A stretch of 64,000 bases of DNA. Origin: Nitrosopumilus sp. GTDB taxonomy: Archaea; Thermoproteota; Nitrososphaeria; Nitrososphaerales; Nitrosopumilaceae. The DNA lies in NCBI GenBank assembly GCA_965207075.1, contig CBDBLO010000002.1, positions 1,504,001 through 1,568,000 of the forward strand, written 5' to 3'. Positions 29,017 through 39,247 of the stretch are shown in pieces. Every line of letters begins with the position of its first letter. The first letter of the stretch is position 1. The translations under genes were made by a program, and so were the position numbers. A model generated the notes under the pieces. The model made no database searches, was not told the origin of the DNA, and saw only the letters and a list, made by a program, of their open reading frames with translations.

Positions 29017-29388
29017 CTACGCATCCGCGATGTCCAGAATCTTTTTTGGAAGCTCGCCGTAGTCGGCGTCGGGCTCGGCCACGACATACAAGATATCCTT
29101 GCCAAGGTGCGTGCTGATGGCAAGCGCCTTCTCACGCAGCGCGAGTGCAAACCGCACCTCCCCGAGCTGGGCATCGAACTCGCGGCGCATCTTTACGCGC
29201 AGCGCAAGCTCCATGAACATCATCTCCTCGTCCTTCTCACTCTCAAGGGGCTTTACGTTCTCGCGCATGCCGCCGGCAACCAGCCGGCCGCGATCGTTGA
29301 TCACCCCGACAAACCGTATCTTCGGGTCAATCCCCATGACGGAGGCGCATATTCCCTGATAGTCGTAAATCTTGCCAGAGTCCATCAT
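29017..29388 (-). CDS. Roadblock-like protein (DUF6659-like)
   Basis: IRFVGVINDRGRLVAGG.R..PLE...MELALRV.MRREFD.QLG.V. Confidence 0.8.
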   Translation of the reverse strand: MMDSGKIYDYQGICASVMGIDPKIRFVGVINDRGRLVAGGMRENVKPLESEKDEEMMFMELALRVKMRREFDAQLGEVRFALALREKALAISTHLGKDILYVVAEPDADYGELPKKILDIADA

Positions 29389-29482
29389 GCCGAAACCCCA
29401 AGCTCCCTCTATTATCTTTTTACAGCAGGCGCGCCGGTTTTCGCGACACGTGGCACAGGTTCCGCGAGACGGCCGGCTGCGT

Positions 29483-30595
29483 CTAGGACGTCAGCCTTGA
29501 GACGAGCTCGGAGAACTCCGGCTGCGCGAGGGGCTCGATCTTCATGATGCGGGTGTTGTCCTGCACGTGCTCGGGGGTCTTTTGCCCCACCAGGGGGGCC
29601 AGCACTCCGGGAGCGGACCGTATGAACTGCAGGGCGCGCAAAGAGGGGTCCAGATCAAGAAAGTCCGGCATCGTGCCGGACTGCAGCAGCCGCCCCTGCA
29701 TGAACGGCACGCTGGTAAACACGCCTATGCCCAGCTCGGACGCGGCGTCGAGGGCGGAGAGACAGCGCTCTTCCCCTCCTCGCCCTACAGCCTGGTTCTT
29801 TTTTAGCAGCGCCTGGTCATAATACAGGTTGAACGGCATCTGGACGAACCTAAAGCCGTGGTCCTTCCCCCCGACCTCCTCGGCCATGCCGCATATGTCC
29901 GCGAGCGACAGATACAACGGGCTCGAGTCGTCGACCCTAAAGCACTCCCACGTGGCCATACCGTAGTACCTGATCTTGCCCTCCGCGCGCCGCTCCTCGT
30001 ACATTGCCATCGCGTCCGACAGGGAGCCGAGGAATTTCTCCCGGGTAACGTTGCTCATCTGCCCCTCGGCCGCGTTGTGCAGGTATACCAGATCGATGCA
30101 CTCCAGTCCCATGTTGCGCAGGCTGCGGTCGATCTGGTCGGACAGGTACGAGGGCGTCATGCAGTGGTACGAGGGCGTTATGTCCCCGGAGCTCACGATT
30201 CCCGGATCCGTGTACTCCTGCTTTACGTACTCCCAGAACCCGAGCCCCGTGTCCGCGTCGTTCGTGACGTAGCCCCCCTTCGTGCATATGAATAGCTGGT
30301 CCCTGGACGCGATGCCCCGTTCTGCGAGCTCCGCGACAGCCTTGCCCACGGAACGCTCCGCCTTTTGCCCCCTGTAGTTTATCGCCGTGTCAATCACGTT
30401 GATGCCCGCGCGCACGGACCGTATCACGGCGTCAGACACGAGGGCGTCTGTGCGGTCGTCCGCGTCCCCCAGGTACGTGCCGAGCCCTACGTTTGAGAGC
30501 GTCAGTCCTGCAAACCTTCTGTAGTTGCCGGCACGGGCTCCGGATTTTTCGGCAAACGCCGCGGTCCCCTCGGGCGTGGCAGATCCCGGTATCAT
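29483..30595 (-). CDS. Aldo/keto reductase
   Basis: GLGTY, IDTAINY, TKGG, SL..M....IDL.YLHN and GKIRYYG motifs. Confidence 0.92.
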   Translation of the reverse strand: MIPGSATPEGTAAFAEKSGARAGNYRRFAGLTLSNVGLGTYLGDADDRTDALVSDAVIRSVRAGINVIDTAINYRGQKAERSVGKAVAELAERGIASRDQLFICTKGGYVTNDADTGLGFWEYVKQEYTDPGIVSSGDITPSYHCMTPSYLSDQIDRSLRNMGLECIDLVYLHNAAEGQMSNVTREKFLGSLSDAMAMYEERRAEGKIRYYGMATWECFRVDDSSPLYLSLADICGMAEEVGGKDHGFRFVQMPFNLYYDQALLKKNQAVGRGGEERCLSALDAASELGIGVFTSVPFMQGRLLQSGTMPDFLDLDPSLRALQFIRSAPGVLAPLVGQKTPEHVQDNTRIMKIEPLAQPEFSELVSRLTS

Positions 30596-30670
30596 GCAGC
30601 ACGTGCCCGCCGTGCCAATTTATTGCTATGGCGGGGGCGGGAGGGCAGGGCGCCGGCCGCGCGGCCCGGC

Positions 30671-31591
30671 CTAGCACCATTCCGGACAGAGCAACGAGAC
30701 TGCTATCCCGGCCACGAGCAGGGCCCCCGTTATGCGGCCAAACACGAGCGCCCGAGACAGGTGCGGCAGCAGCTGGTCCGTCGCGGACATGCAGTGCCGG
30801 GCAAGTCCCGCGCCGGCGGACGCGACGATGGGAACGGCTGCAAGCGTGATCAGCGCCGTGTACGGAAGCACGCCTGCCCCCGCCCCCGCGACGATTGCGC
30901 CATAAGTTACGGCGGGAAAGAGCCAGAAGAGGGCCGACGCCCTCCTCTTTCCGGCCGCTATTACGAGCGTCCTGCGCCCCCCGGCCTTGTCGGCCTCAAA
31001 GTCCGGAAACGATGCCACGAACAGCACAAGCGAGGACAGGGAGCCCACTGCCACCCCTGCAAGGACGGCGTCCGGCTCCAGGGAGCCGTGCTGTATGTAG
31101 AACGAGCCGAGCACGATCATGCACCCTTTCACGGCCACAAAAAACTCGCCGAGGCCAACGTTCACTATCTTGGTGGAGTAAAAGTAGATGGCCACAACTG
31201 CAAACCCCAGCATCAGTGCGATGGGGATTCCGTGCGTGACTACAAAGTACGCGCCGGTGGTGGCGCCGAGGGCCAGAAAGAGGAGTCCGGCGCGATATAC
31301 GGACTGCGGGCTCAGCAGCCCCTCGGGCAGTACGCCCGTCCCGCCGCTGATCCGCGTGCGCCCCGCCGCGGTGTCGATCCCCCTCTTGTAGTCCCAGTAG
31401 TCGTTTAGCAGGTCGACGCTGGCATGCAGCGCGAGCACCCCGCCCAGGGTCAGCGCTGCGTGAAACGGGTCGAGCGTTCCGTCATGCCGGACAGACAGAG
31501 CGAACGCAACGGATACCGATATGACCGATGCAAGGAGGAACCTTACGCGTATGACGCGCAGCCACGCGGACATCGTTGCCATTACGGTCAC
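30671..31591 (-). CDS. menA: UbiA/MenA-family prenyltransferase
   Basis: NDYWDYKRGID, GLGE and PDFEADK..GRRTL motifs; multiple TM helices. Confidence 0.85.
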   Translation of the reverse strand: MTVMATMSAWLRVIRVRFLLASVISVSVAFALSVRHDGTLDPFHAALTLGGVLALHASVDLLNDYWDYKRGIDTAAGRTRISGGTGVLPEGLLSPQSVYRAGLLFLALGATTGAYFVVTHGIPIALMLGFAVVAIYFYSTKIVNVGLGEFFVAVKGCMIVLGSFYIQHGSLEPDAVLAGVAVGSLSSLVLFVASFPDFEADKAGGRRTLVIAAGKRRASALFWLFPAVTYGAIVAGAGAGVLPYTALITLAAVPIVASAGAGLARHCMSATDQLLPHLSRALVFGRITGALLVAGIAVSLLCPEWC

Positions 31592-31648
31592 GCAGCTGCA
31601 ATTGTTATTAATTTAACACGGCCCTGACGTGACTGGGGTGCGGCAGGC

Positions 31649-31891
31649 ATGATACTGGGCAGGATAGAAGAGGGGCAGAGGAGAACAAGGCTGGAATGCG
31701 AGATGCGCTGCACCTCCTGCTCAAAGAGGGTGCCCGGCGGCATCGTGGTCGCAGAGGGGTTTGACAAGACCGAGGAGTTTTGCCGCATGCTTGAGAGTCT
31801 CAAGAGTACGTACCTTTGCGGCATCTGCAGGGATGCCAGAAGGGTCAGAAGGAAGGCAGGAGGCGCAGACGGGGCAACAGGCGGCGCGTGA
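31649..31891 (+). CDS. Small Zn-finger protein
   Basis: CTSCSKRVPGG...YLCGICRD; AT-rich divergent promoter upstream. Confidence 0.75.
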   Translation: MILGRIEEGQRRTRLECEMRCTSCSKRVPGGIVVAEGFDKTEEFCRMLESLKSTYLCGICRDARRVRRKAGGADGATGGA

Positions 31892-31904
31892 CTGCCGTAT
31901 GCTC

Positions 31905-32058
<154 letters not shown>

Positions 32059-32113
32059 CAAACGGCGCCCAGGTCCGCCCCAAGAATGCAGATGGCGCAC
32101 GCCGAAGCAGACA

Positions 32114-32539
32114 TCAGACCAGAGATTCGTCGCTTACCTCGATCGGCTTGCGCCCCATAAACCCAGAGTCCATATCGTGCCAGAACTTTATCTCAGGCTC
32201 GCCTGCCTTCCAGCACAGCCACACGTCCTCGTCGAACCTCTTTGAGGGAAAGTCGACCAGCCCCTCGTCTATCCCCTTGAGAGAGACGCCGGTCGCCTCG
32301 AGCACCTCGATCGAGCGATACAGTTTCGTTACGGCCGCGTTGAGCTCCTGCTTTATCTCCATGTACGCCTGCACGTTTCCTCCGCCCGGGTTATCCTGCC
32401 CCCCGCCAGGCGCAAGCGTCTCCTGCAGCCTCCGCTCGATGCCTTTTATGGCAACCCTTCTCTCGGCAACCTCGCGGAACTTTTGCGCGACGTCGGGAAG
32501 GGCCTCGTTGGCCTCAGATATCGTAAAGTATCTGAACAT
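32114..32539 (-). CDS. DUF2203 family protein
   Basis: FT..EAN..LP and G..LK..D.GLVDFP......WLCWK.GEPEI.FWH....GF.GRKP motifs. Confidence 0.92.
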   Translation of the reverse strand: MFRYFTISEANEALPDVAQKFREVAERRVAIKGIERRLQETLAPGGGQDNPGGGNVQAYMEIKQELNAAVTKLYRSIEVLEATGVSLKGIDEGLVDFPSKRFDEDVWLCWKAGEPEIKFWHDMDSGFMGRKPIEVSDESLV

Positions 32540-32658
32540 GCAAAAAGGCCGGCACGCGGTATTAAAAATCTTAACAGCGTCTTTCGGCCCTTGTCCCGGC
32601 CGCGCTTCCCTGAGGCCGTGTGCGATCAAATAATATACCGATTGTGCGTTGGCGCGGC

Positions 32659-32934
32659 ATGCAAAAGATAAAGTGCTCTCACATTTTGGTTGCAAAGCAG
32701 AGCGAGGCCCTGTCCGTAATGGAGAGGCTCGGAGCCGGTGAAAAGTTCGGCAAGCTTGCAAAGGAGGTGTCGACTGACGCGCCGAGTGCAAAGAGGGATG
32801 GAAACCTGGGATACTTTGCCAGGGGCAGGATGGTAAAGTCGTTTGAGGAGGCCGCCTTTAAGCTCCAGGTGGGACAGGTGTCTGAACCCGTAAAGTCAGA
32901 GTACGGCTACCACATAATCAAGAGGACCGCATGA
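32659..32934 (+). CDS. Parvulin-type peptidyl-prolyl isomerase
   Basis: CSHILV, FGKLAKE.S.D, GNLGYF.RG.MV..FE.AAF and [10 protein letters not shown] motifs. Confidence 0.95.
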   Translation: MQKIKCSHILVAKQSEALSVMERLGAGEKFGKLAKEVSTDAPSAKRDGNLGYFARGRMVKSFEEAAFKLQVGQVSEPVKSEYGYHIIKRTA

Positions 32935-32955
32935 GGGGACGTCGGCCGGGGACCG

Positions 32956-34650
32956 CTAGAGGTACTCGTCAAGCCCCCCCTCGGCAGCGGGCCGTTTTGC
33001 GCTCGAGGCGCCGCGGGCGGAGGCGCGTCCCCGGCCGCCGTTGTCGCTATCGCCATCATCATCATCATCGCCATCATCATCATCATAGTCGTCGCCAACG
33101 GCAGCAGCATCGTCACCGTCAACGGCAGCAGTAGCAGCGACAACAACAGCATCATCACCGCCCCCGCCCTGCCTGTTGAGGTCAAGCATCCCGGACATCG
33201 TGCCCCCCATGGACTCTGCAATCTTGGTCTTGCGCTTGCCTATCCAATAGTACGTCTCGTCTATGGTCCCCTTTGCAATCAAGACGATCAGGCGGCCAAC
33301 CGTCCGGCGGCCCGTCCGGCCCCGCCTCTGCACGTACCTTATCGAGCTCGGTACGTTGTCATAAAATATGACGTGGTTTACCTCGGAGATGTCAAGCCCC
33401 TCCTCGCCCACCCGCGTGGCCACCATTATGCGGAACTCCCCGTCCCGGAACCGCCTCACCGCCTCCACCTGCTGCTTTTGTTTTAGCCCGGTCTGGCCCG
33501 CCTTTCCTATCAGCTTGCCGGACGACACGCCCATCCCGTCAAGCGCCTCGCATATCATGTCTACAGAGTCCCTATAGCTCGTGAATATCAGGATCTTGCC
33601 GTCTATGCCGCCGACCAGCTCAGTCAGCTTTGCAATCTTCGGGTGCTCGATGCCGCCCCTCTTTGCCCTGTCCGCGAGTCTGAGCGCCTGCGCAAAGTCA
33701 GCGTCGGCCTCGAAGAGCGCCTTGGCGCCCGAGTCCTTTTTCTTGCGCGCCCTCTCGCAGAACTTTAGAAACGGCGTGATGCCGTGGGCCTCCAGAATGC
33801 CCAGTGCGTAGTGTATGCGTATCGCGGCAAACAGCGGCGTGGCGGCCCCGCGGTTGCGCCGCAGGACATAGTCGCGCAGGCGCAGCAGGCTTGAGAGGGA
33901 CGGGTCCTCTCCCACGCTGACGCGGCGGGCCCTGAGGGTCTCGCACCGGGACTTTAGCGCCCTCTTCAGGAGGGACTGCATCTCCCTGAGCTCGGGCGTC
34001 AGGTCTACTTGAAACCACTCGGTCTCCGTCTTCTGCACGTACGGCCTTACGTCGGGGCTCGACTCGTTGCGCTCGGCCACGCTTGCGATGTGCAGCCTGG
34101 CCATTATCTCCGTCGCCCTGTCCCTGTCGCTTGGCAGCGTGGCAGTCATTCCGAGGATGCGGGGGCCGGCCGGCTCTAGCATCTGGGCGATTGCAGAGTA
34201 GGCATAGTCGCCCACGGTGCGGTGGGCCTCGTCGAATATCACCAGACCAAACGCGTCGGGGGATATCATCCCCCGCCTGAGATCATTTCTTGCGATTTCG
34301 GGCGTGGCGCACACGACACTGGCGCCCCACAGCTTCTTGCGCCTTGCCGCGGAGTCCTCGCCCGTGACAAGCGAGATGTCGTCTATGGTGAGCGCGTTTT
34401 GCAAAAACTCGTGATGCTGGTTTACCAGCACGCGGGTCGGGGCCAGGAACAAAACCGCGGCGGGGCCGTCGTCAGGGCAGGACGCCATGTGCGACGCTAT
34501 GACCTGAAGGGCGACGGCGGTCTTTCCCAGTCCGGTCGGGAGCACCACGACGCAGTTCTCCCTTGATGCCTGCTCCGCCACGTTCACCTGGTACTCGCGG
34601 TGCTCGATCGTGTTTTTTCGCACATACCGCATCTCTACGTATCGCGTCAC
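32956..34650 (-). CDS. Hef/FANCM-like DEAH helicase (no ERCC4 nuclease domain)
   Basis: REYQ, LPTGLGKT, FLAPT, FDEAHR, MTAT, ATRVGEEGLDI and QRRGRTGR motifs. GTG start inferred; acidic low-complexity tail. Confidence 0.9.
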   Translation of the reverse strand: MTRYVEMRYVRKNTIEHREYQVNVAEQASRENCVVVLPTGLGKTAVALQVIASHMASCPDDGPAAVLFLAPTRVLVNQHHEFLQNALTIDDISLVTGEDSAARRKKLWGASVVCATPEIARNDLRRGMISPDAFGLVIFDEAHRTVGDYAYSAIAQMLEPAGPRILGMTATLPSDRDRATEIMARLHIASVAERNESSPDVRPYVQKTETEWFQVDLTPELREMQSLLKRALKSRCETLRARRVSVGEDPSLSSLLRLRDYVLRRNRGAATPLFAAIRIHYALGILEAHGITPFLKFCERARKKKDSGAKALFEADADFAQALRLADRAKRGGIEHPKIAKLTELVGGIDGKILIFTSYRDSVDMICEALDGMGVSSGKLIGKAGQTGLKQKQQVEAVRRFRDGEFRIMVATRVGEEGLDISEVNHVIFYDNVPSSIRYVQRRGRTGRRTVGRLIVLIAKGTIDETYYWIGKRKTKIAESMGGTMSGMLDLNRQGGGGDDAVVVAATAAVDGDDAAAVGDDYDDDDGDDDDDGDSDNGGRGRASARGASSAKRPAAEGGLDEYL

Positions 34651-34755
34651 GCCCGCAGGGCGGCGTGGAGTTTTTTTATCCTTGTGGTCTGGGCGGCGCG
34701 CGCCGGCCGCCGCATCGCTATACATAATACCGAATCGCATCAGAGACCAAGCAAG

Positions 34756-35409
34756 ATGGAAGAAGGCGACAAGTTTGACAGGCCCGACTGGGACGAGTAC
34801 TTTATGCTGCAGGCGGAGCTTGCAAAGCTTCGCTCAAACTGCATTGCGCGCAAGGTGGGGGCCGTGATCGTGAGGGACCGCCGCCAGATCGCAACGGGGT
34901 ACAACGGCACTCCGCCGGGCATAAGGAACTGCTACGAGGGGGGCTGCGACAGGTGCCAGAGGCGCGTGAAGGGACTCGTCGCGTCAGGCGAGGATCTGGG
35001 GCGCTGCCTGTGCAACCACGCGGAGGCAAACGCCATAATGCACTGCGCCATACTGGGCATAGAGGCGTCCTCGGCGAGCAGCGCCACGCTGTACACCACG
35101 TACGTGCCGTGCCTCGAGTGCACAAAGATGGCAATCACGATAGGAATCAGGAGGTTCGTGTGCCTGGAGGACTACACGGAGAGCGCAAGCCAGCTGACGC
35201 GCGAGGCCGGGGTGACCATACAGAAGATAGACCGCAGCAGGATAGACAGGTGGGCAAGGCAGATAATATCAGACGAACGCGCTGAACCGGCTCCGGCAGT
35301 TGGGGCTGCCAACGTCGCGGGGGCAGGCGCGCAAAACGGGGCTGGCGCGGGAGGGGGAGGAGAAGAGCAAGCAGAAGAGGTGGAGGATGAAGCCGCAAAA
35401 TGCGCGTAA
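34756..35409 (+). CDS. dCMP deaminase
   Basis: RPDWDEYFM, VGAVIV, TGYNG.P, HAEANAI and PCLEC motifs. Confidence 0.93.
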   Translation: MEEGDKFDRPDWDEYFMLQAELAKLRSNCIARKVGAVIVRDRRQIATGYNGTPPGIRNCYEGGCDRCQRRVKGLVASGEDLGRCLCNHAEANAIMHCAILGIEASSASSATLYTTYVPCLECTKMAITIGIRRFVCLEDYTESASQLTREAGVTIQKIDRSRIDRWARQIISDERAEPAPAVGAANVAGAGAQNGAGAGGGGEEQAEEVEDEAAKCA

Positions 35410-37970
35410 ACATCGGCGAATCCTCAAACCCGAAATCGATGCCCCCCTCCATGCTGGTCTCCGCCGCGTACGACGGCGCCTCCAAAAAGGCGCTGCTGAA
35501 GTTCTACGATCCGGAGTCCAAGGAGCTGTACCTGTGGTGGGATGAGACGGGGCACAAGCCATACTGCTACTCAAAGCTTAGCCCGGAGGAGCTGGGGCAT
35601 CTGAAGTCAAGGGGCGACATACTTGACATCAGTCGCGTCAAAAGGTACAGCCTGGCCGACGACTGCATGATGGAGGTCTCAAAAATAACCGCGAGCGATC
35701 CGCTTGCAATAGGCGGCAAGCCCTACGGCGACGACACGGAGAGGAGCGTACGCGACATAATAGAGACGTGGGAGTCAGACATCAAGTACTACGAGACGTA
35801 CCTGTACGACAGGCGGATTGTCGTGGGCAGGTACTACAGGGCGCAGGAAGGCAGGCTCGAGCCCGTCGACATCGAGATATCCGACGAGGTGAGCCTGGCG
35901 CTCAAGAGCCTGCTGTGGGACAAAGTGGACAGCGGAAGCATGGTCGACGAGGCGGAGTTTCGCAAGTGCATATCGGACTGGGCCGACCTGCTCAACCAGC
36001 CCATACCGGAGATAAAGCGGCTGAGCGTGGACATAGAGGTCGAGTCAGTCGAGGGCAGGCTGCCGGACTCCAAGATTGCAGACAACACGGTAACCGCGAT
36101 AGGCCTTGCCGGCACGGACGGGTTCGGGCGCGTGCTGGTGCTAAAGACGCCCGGCACGCCGGAGGGCACAAACGAGCTCGGGCCCGACATCAGGGTCGAG
36201 TTCTACGAGCCGGACTGCGAGGCGCAGATGATACGGGACGCGTTTGGGATAATGGAGTCGTACCCGTTCATACTCACATACAACGGAGACGACTTTGACC
36301 TGCCGTACCTGTACAACAGGGCGGACAGGCTCGGCATAAGAAACGAGGACAACCCGCTGCACATGCTAAAGGACTCGGCCACCCTCAAGCGGGGCGTACA
36401 CATAGACCTGTACAAGACCATGTCCAACCGCTCGTTCCAGATATACGCGTTCGGCCAGAAATACACGGACTTTTCACTCAACAGCGTCTCAGTGGCGCTG
36501 CTCGGCAAGCAGAAGATAGACTACGGACTGAAGTTTGACGAGATGTCACTCTACCAGACTGCCAACTACTGCTACCACGACGCGCTGCTCACGTACGAGC
36601 TGACCAGCTTCGGGGACGGCATACTGATGAACCTGCTTGTGACCATATCGCGGATCGGGAGGATGCCCATCGACGACATCGCAAGGCTCGGGGTCTCGCA
36701 GTGGATCCGCAGCCTGCTGTACTATGAGCACCGCGTCCGCGACTGCATCATACCAAAGAGGGACGAGCTTGCAAAGCGCACAGAGGACGTCACGGCAGAC
36801 GCGGTCATAAAGGACAAAAAGTACAGGGGCGGCCTCGTGGTGGAGCCGCAGAGCGGCGTCCACTTTGACGTCGTCGTGATGGACTTTGCAAGCCTGTACC
36901 CGAGCATCATAAAGGTGCGCAACCTGTCCTACGAGACGGTCAGGTGCCCCCACCCCGAGTGCCGCAAGAACTCGATACCCCAGACAAAGCACTGGGCGTG
37001 CTCGAAGAGGAACGGGATCACGTCAGAGATAATAGGGTCTCTGCGCGACCTGAGGGTCAACTACTACAAGAGCCTGTCAAGAAAGGAGACGCTCACGGAG
37101 GTGCAGCGCCAGCAGTACACGGCGGTAAGCCAGGCGCTCAAGGTCATACTCAACGCAAGCTACGGCGTGATGGGGGCCGACATATTCCCCCTGTACTTTC
37201 TGCCCGCCGCCGAGGCCACCACGGCCATAGGCAGGCACACCATACTGGAGACCATAAAGAAGAGCAAGGACGCCGGCGTCGACGTGCTGTACGGGGACAC
37301 GGACTCGCTGTTCATCAAGAGCCCCACGGCAGAGCAGGTACAGTACATGATAGACGAGGCCAAAAAGGACCACGGGGTCGACCTGGAGATCGACAAGGAG
37401 TACAGGTACTGCGTCCTGAGCAACCGAAAGAAGAACTACCTCGGGGTCTCAAAGTCAGGCCAGGTGGACGTAAAGGGGCTGACCGGCAAAAAGTCGCACA
37501 CGCCGCCGTTCATCAGGAAGTTGTTTGCAGACATACTCGGGGTGCTGGCCGGCGTGCAGAGCCCCGAGGAGTTCGAGCAGGCAAAAGGCGTGATATCGAA
37601 GATGATACAGGAGTGCGGCAAGAGGATAGAGGGCCTTGAGATACCCCTCGACGAGATGGCATTCAGCATGATGCTCAGCAAGGCGCCCTCAGAGTACACA
37701 AAGACGCAGCCGCAGCACATCAGGGCCGCGCGCCAGCTTGACGGCATCAAGGAGCTGAAGAGGGGCGACAGGATCTCGTTTGTAAAGACCATCGGAAAGC
37801 CCGGGGTGAGGCCGCTTGAGATTGCGCGCAAGGGCGAGATTGACACGACAAAGTACGCGGAGTTCCTCGAGTCGACCCTGGAGCAGGTCACGTCCACGAT
37901 GGACATGGACTTTGACGTCATACTCAAAAAGCCAAAACAGTCGGGGCTCGACCAGTTCTTCTGGGGATGA
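35400..37970 (+). CDS. polB: Family B DNA polymerase (PolB1)
   Basis: Exonuclease DIE, YNGDDFD, Y...DA; polymerase DFASLYPSII, K..LNASYG, YGDTDS, KKNY. Confidence 0.97.
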   Translation: MRVNIGESSNPKSMPPSMLVSAAYDGASKKALLKFYDPESKELYLWWDETGHKPYCYSKLSPEELGHLKSRGDILDISRVKRYSLADDCMMEVSKITASDPLAIGGKPYGDDTERSVRDIIETWESDIKYYETYLYDRRIVVGRYYRAQEGRLEPVDIEISDEVSLALKSLLWDKVDSGSMVDEAEFRKCISDWADLLNQPIPEIKRLSVDIEVESVEGRLPDSKIADNTVTAIGLAGTDGFGRVLVLKTPGTPEGTNELGPDIRVEFYEPDCEAQMIRDAFGIMESYPFILTYNGDDFDLPYLYNRADRLGIRNEDNPLHMLKDSATLKRGVHIDLYKTMSNRSFQIYAFGQKYTDFSLNSVSVALLGKQKIDYGLKFDEMSLYQTANYCYHDALLTYELTSFGDGILMNLLVTISRIGRMPIDDIARLGVSQWIRSLLYYEHRVRDCIIPKRDELAKRTEDVTADAVIKDKKYRGGLVVEPQSGVHFDVVVMDFASLYPSIIKVRNLSYETVRCPHPECRKNSIPQTKHWACSKRNGITSEIIGSLRDLRVNYYKSLSRKETLTEVQRQQYTAVSQALKVILNASYGVMGADIFPLYFLPAAEATTAIGRHTILETIKKSKDAGVDVLYGDTDSLFIKSPTAEQVQYMIDEAKKDHGVDLEIDKEYRYCVLSNRKKNYLGVSKSGQVDVKGLTGKKSHTPPFIRKLFADILGVLAGVQSPEEFEQAKGVISKMIQECGKRIEGLEIPLDEMAFSMMLSKAPSEYTKTQPQHIRAARQLDGIKELKRGDRISFVKTIGKPGVRPLEIARKGEIDTTKYAEFLESTLEQVTSTMDMDFDVILKKPKQSGLDQFFWG

Positions 37971-37974
37971 TCCT

Positions 37975-38280
37975 GTGGAGCACCACCTGGTCGACGACTA
38001 CATACTGCACGTGATAGGGATACTGGCCGGCGTGCTGATACTGGCCGGATGGGTCGAGCAGATCTACAAGGGGTACAAGACAAAGCACCTGAGGGACGTC
38101 TCAAACTACCTGATGATATTCATCGGGGCCGGGGCCGTCCTGTGGGCGCTGTACGGCGTGCTTGTGTCCGACGTCTTCATAGTAGGGACGAACGTGGCCG
38201 CCGTGATCCTGATGATCACGGTCCTGATGATGAAGAAGGCATACGCGCGCAGGTCCAGGGCGGCGGCCGGCCCTGCCTGA
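37975..38280 (+). CDS. SemiSWEET/PQ-loop-like small membrane transporter
   Basis: Three TM helices; Q.YK.YKTK...DVS and LW..YG..D..I..N motifs. Confidence 0.75.
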   Translation: MEHHLVDDYILHVIGILAGVLILAGWVEQIYKGYKTKHLRDVSNYLMIFIGAGAVLWALYGVLVSDVFIVGTNVAAVILMITVLMMKKAYARRSRAAAGPA

Positions 38281-38359
38281 CCCGGCGGCGGCCGCTGCCG
38301 CGGCAGGGCGGCACGTATCATATAATAATCAACGGCGGGCACCACCAACCGGGGACGTA

Positions 38360-39160
38360 ATGCTTGTCATAAACTGCAAAAACTACGCGGAGGTGGCGAC
38401 TGCGCCGAGGGTCAGAAGGCTGGTCAGGGCGGCGTACGGCGCCGCGGCCAAGCTGGGCGTCGAGGTATGCGTGGCGCCCCCGCAGCACATGATCGGGGTG
38501 GCAGCAGAGGAGGCCGCATCCATGGCGAGGAAACGGCGCGGCGCCGGCCCCTCCCCATCGCGCCGCCGCCCTCGCCGCCGCCTGCTGCGCATACTTGCGC
38601 AGCACGCAGACGTCCAGCCTGCCGGAAGCACCACCGGATACGTGATACCCGAGCTGCTAAAGGCGGCAGGGGCCGAAGGCAGCATAATAAACCACAGCGA
38701 GCACAGAATCAAACCAGCAGAGATTGCGGCCGCAGTCAAAAGGCTGCGCGACGCGGGCATGACGTCCATTCTCTGCGTCCGCAACGTCAGGGAGCTCAGA
38801 AAGTACGTGCCGCTCGGCCCGGACTACGTGGCCATCGAGCCCCCGGAGCTTATCGGTTCGGGAAGGGCCGTCTCCACCGAAAGGCCGGAGATCATATCGG
38901 GCGCGGCAAGGGCGGTGTCAGAACCGCCGCGCGCGAGTGCGGCGTCGAGAGAATCGTCATCATCATCATCAGTAACGGCAACAACCCACGCAAGACCGCA
39001 GCTGCTCTGCGGGGCCGGCGTGGTCTCGGGCGCCGATGTTGCAAAGGCGGCAGAACTGGGCTCGGTGGGCATCCTGGTCGCAAGCGGCATAATAAAGAGG
39101 GGTCCGGCGCAGTGGAGGGGCGCCATAATGGATCTTGCAGGACCGCTCTCCGCGCGCTGA
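38360..39160 (+). CDS. tpiA: Triosephosphate isomerase (archaeal)
   Basis: INCKNY, AQH, NHSEHR, AIEPPELIG, GAGV and G.LVASG motifs. Confidence 0.95.
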   Translation: MLVINCKNYAEVATAPRVRRLVRAAYGAAAKLGVEVCVAPPQHMIGVAAEEAASMARKRRGAGPSPSRRRPRRRLLRILAQHADVQPAGSTTGYVIPELLKAAGAEGSIINHSEHRIKPAEIAAAVKRLRDAGMTSILCVRNVRELRKYVPLGPDYVAIEPPELIGSGRAVSTERPEIISGAARAVSEPPRASAASRESSSSSSVTATTHARPQLLCGAGVVSGADVAKAAELGSVGILVASGIIKRGPAQWRGAIMDLAGPLSAR

Positions 39161-39247
39161 TCGGGTGCCGGCGCCCGGCCGCCACACCGAAGCCGGGCAC
39201 GGTTAGTTGGTTTAATACACCCTTGGAAGCTCCCGTTAATGCGGCAC

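Noticed and set aside
35400-37970. Intein or novel domain in PolB
   Set aside because: Length and motif spacing are ordinary, with no intein splice-junction or LAGLIDADG motifs.
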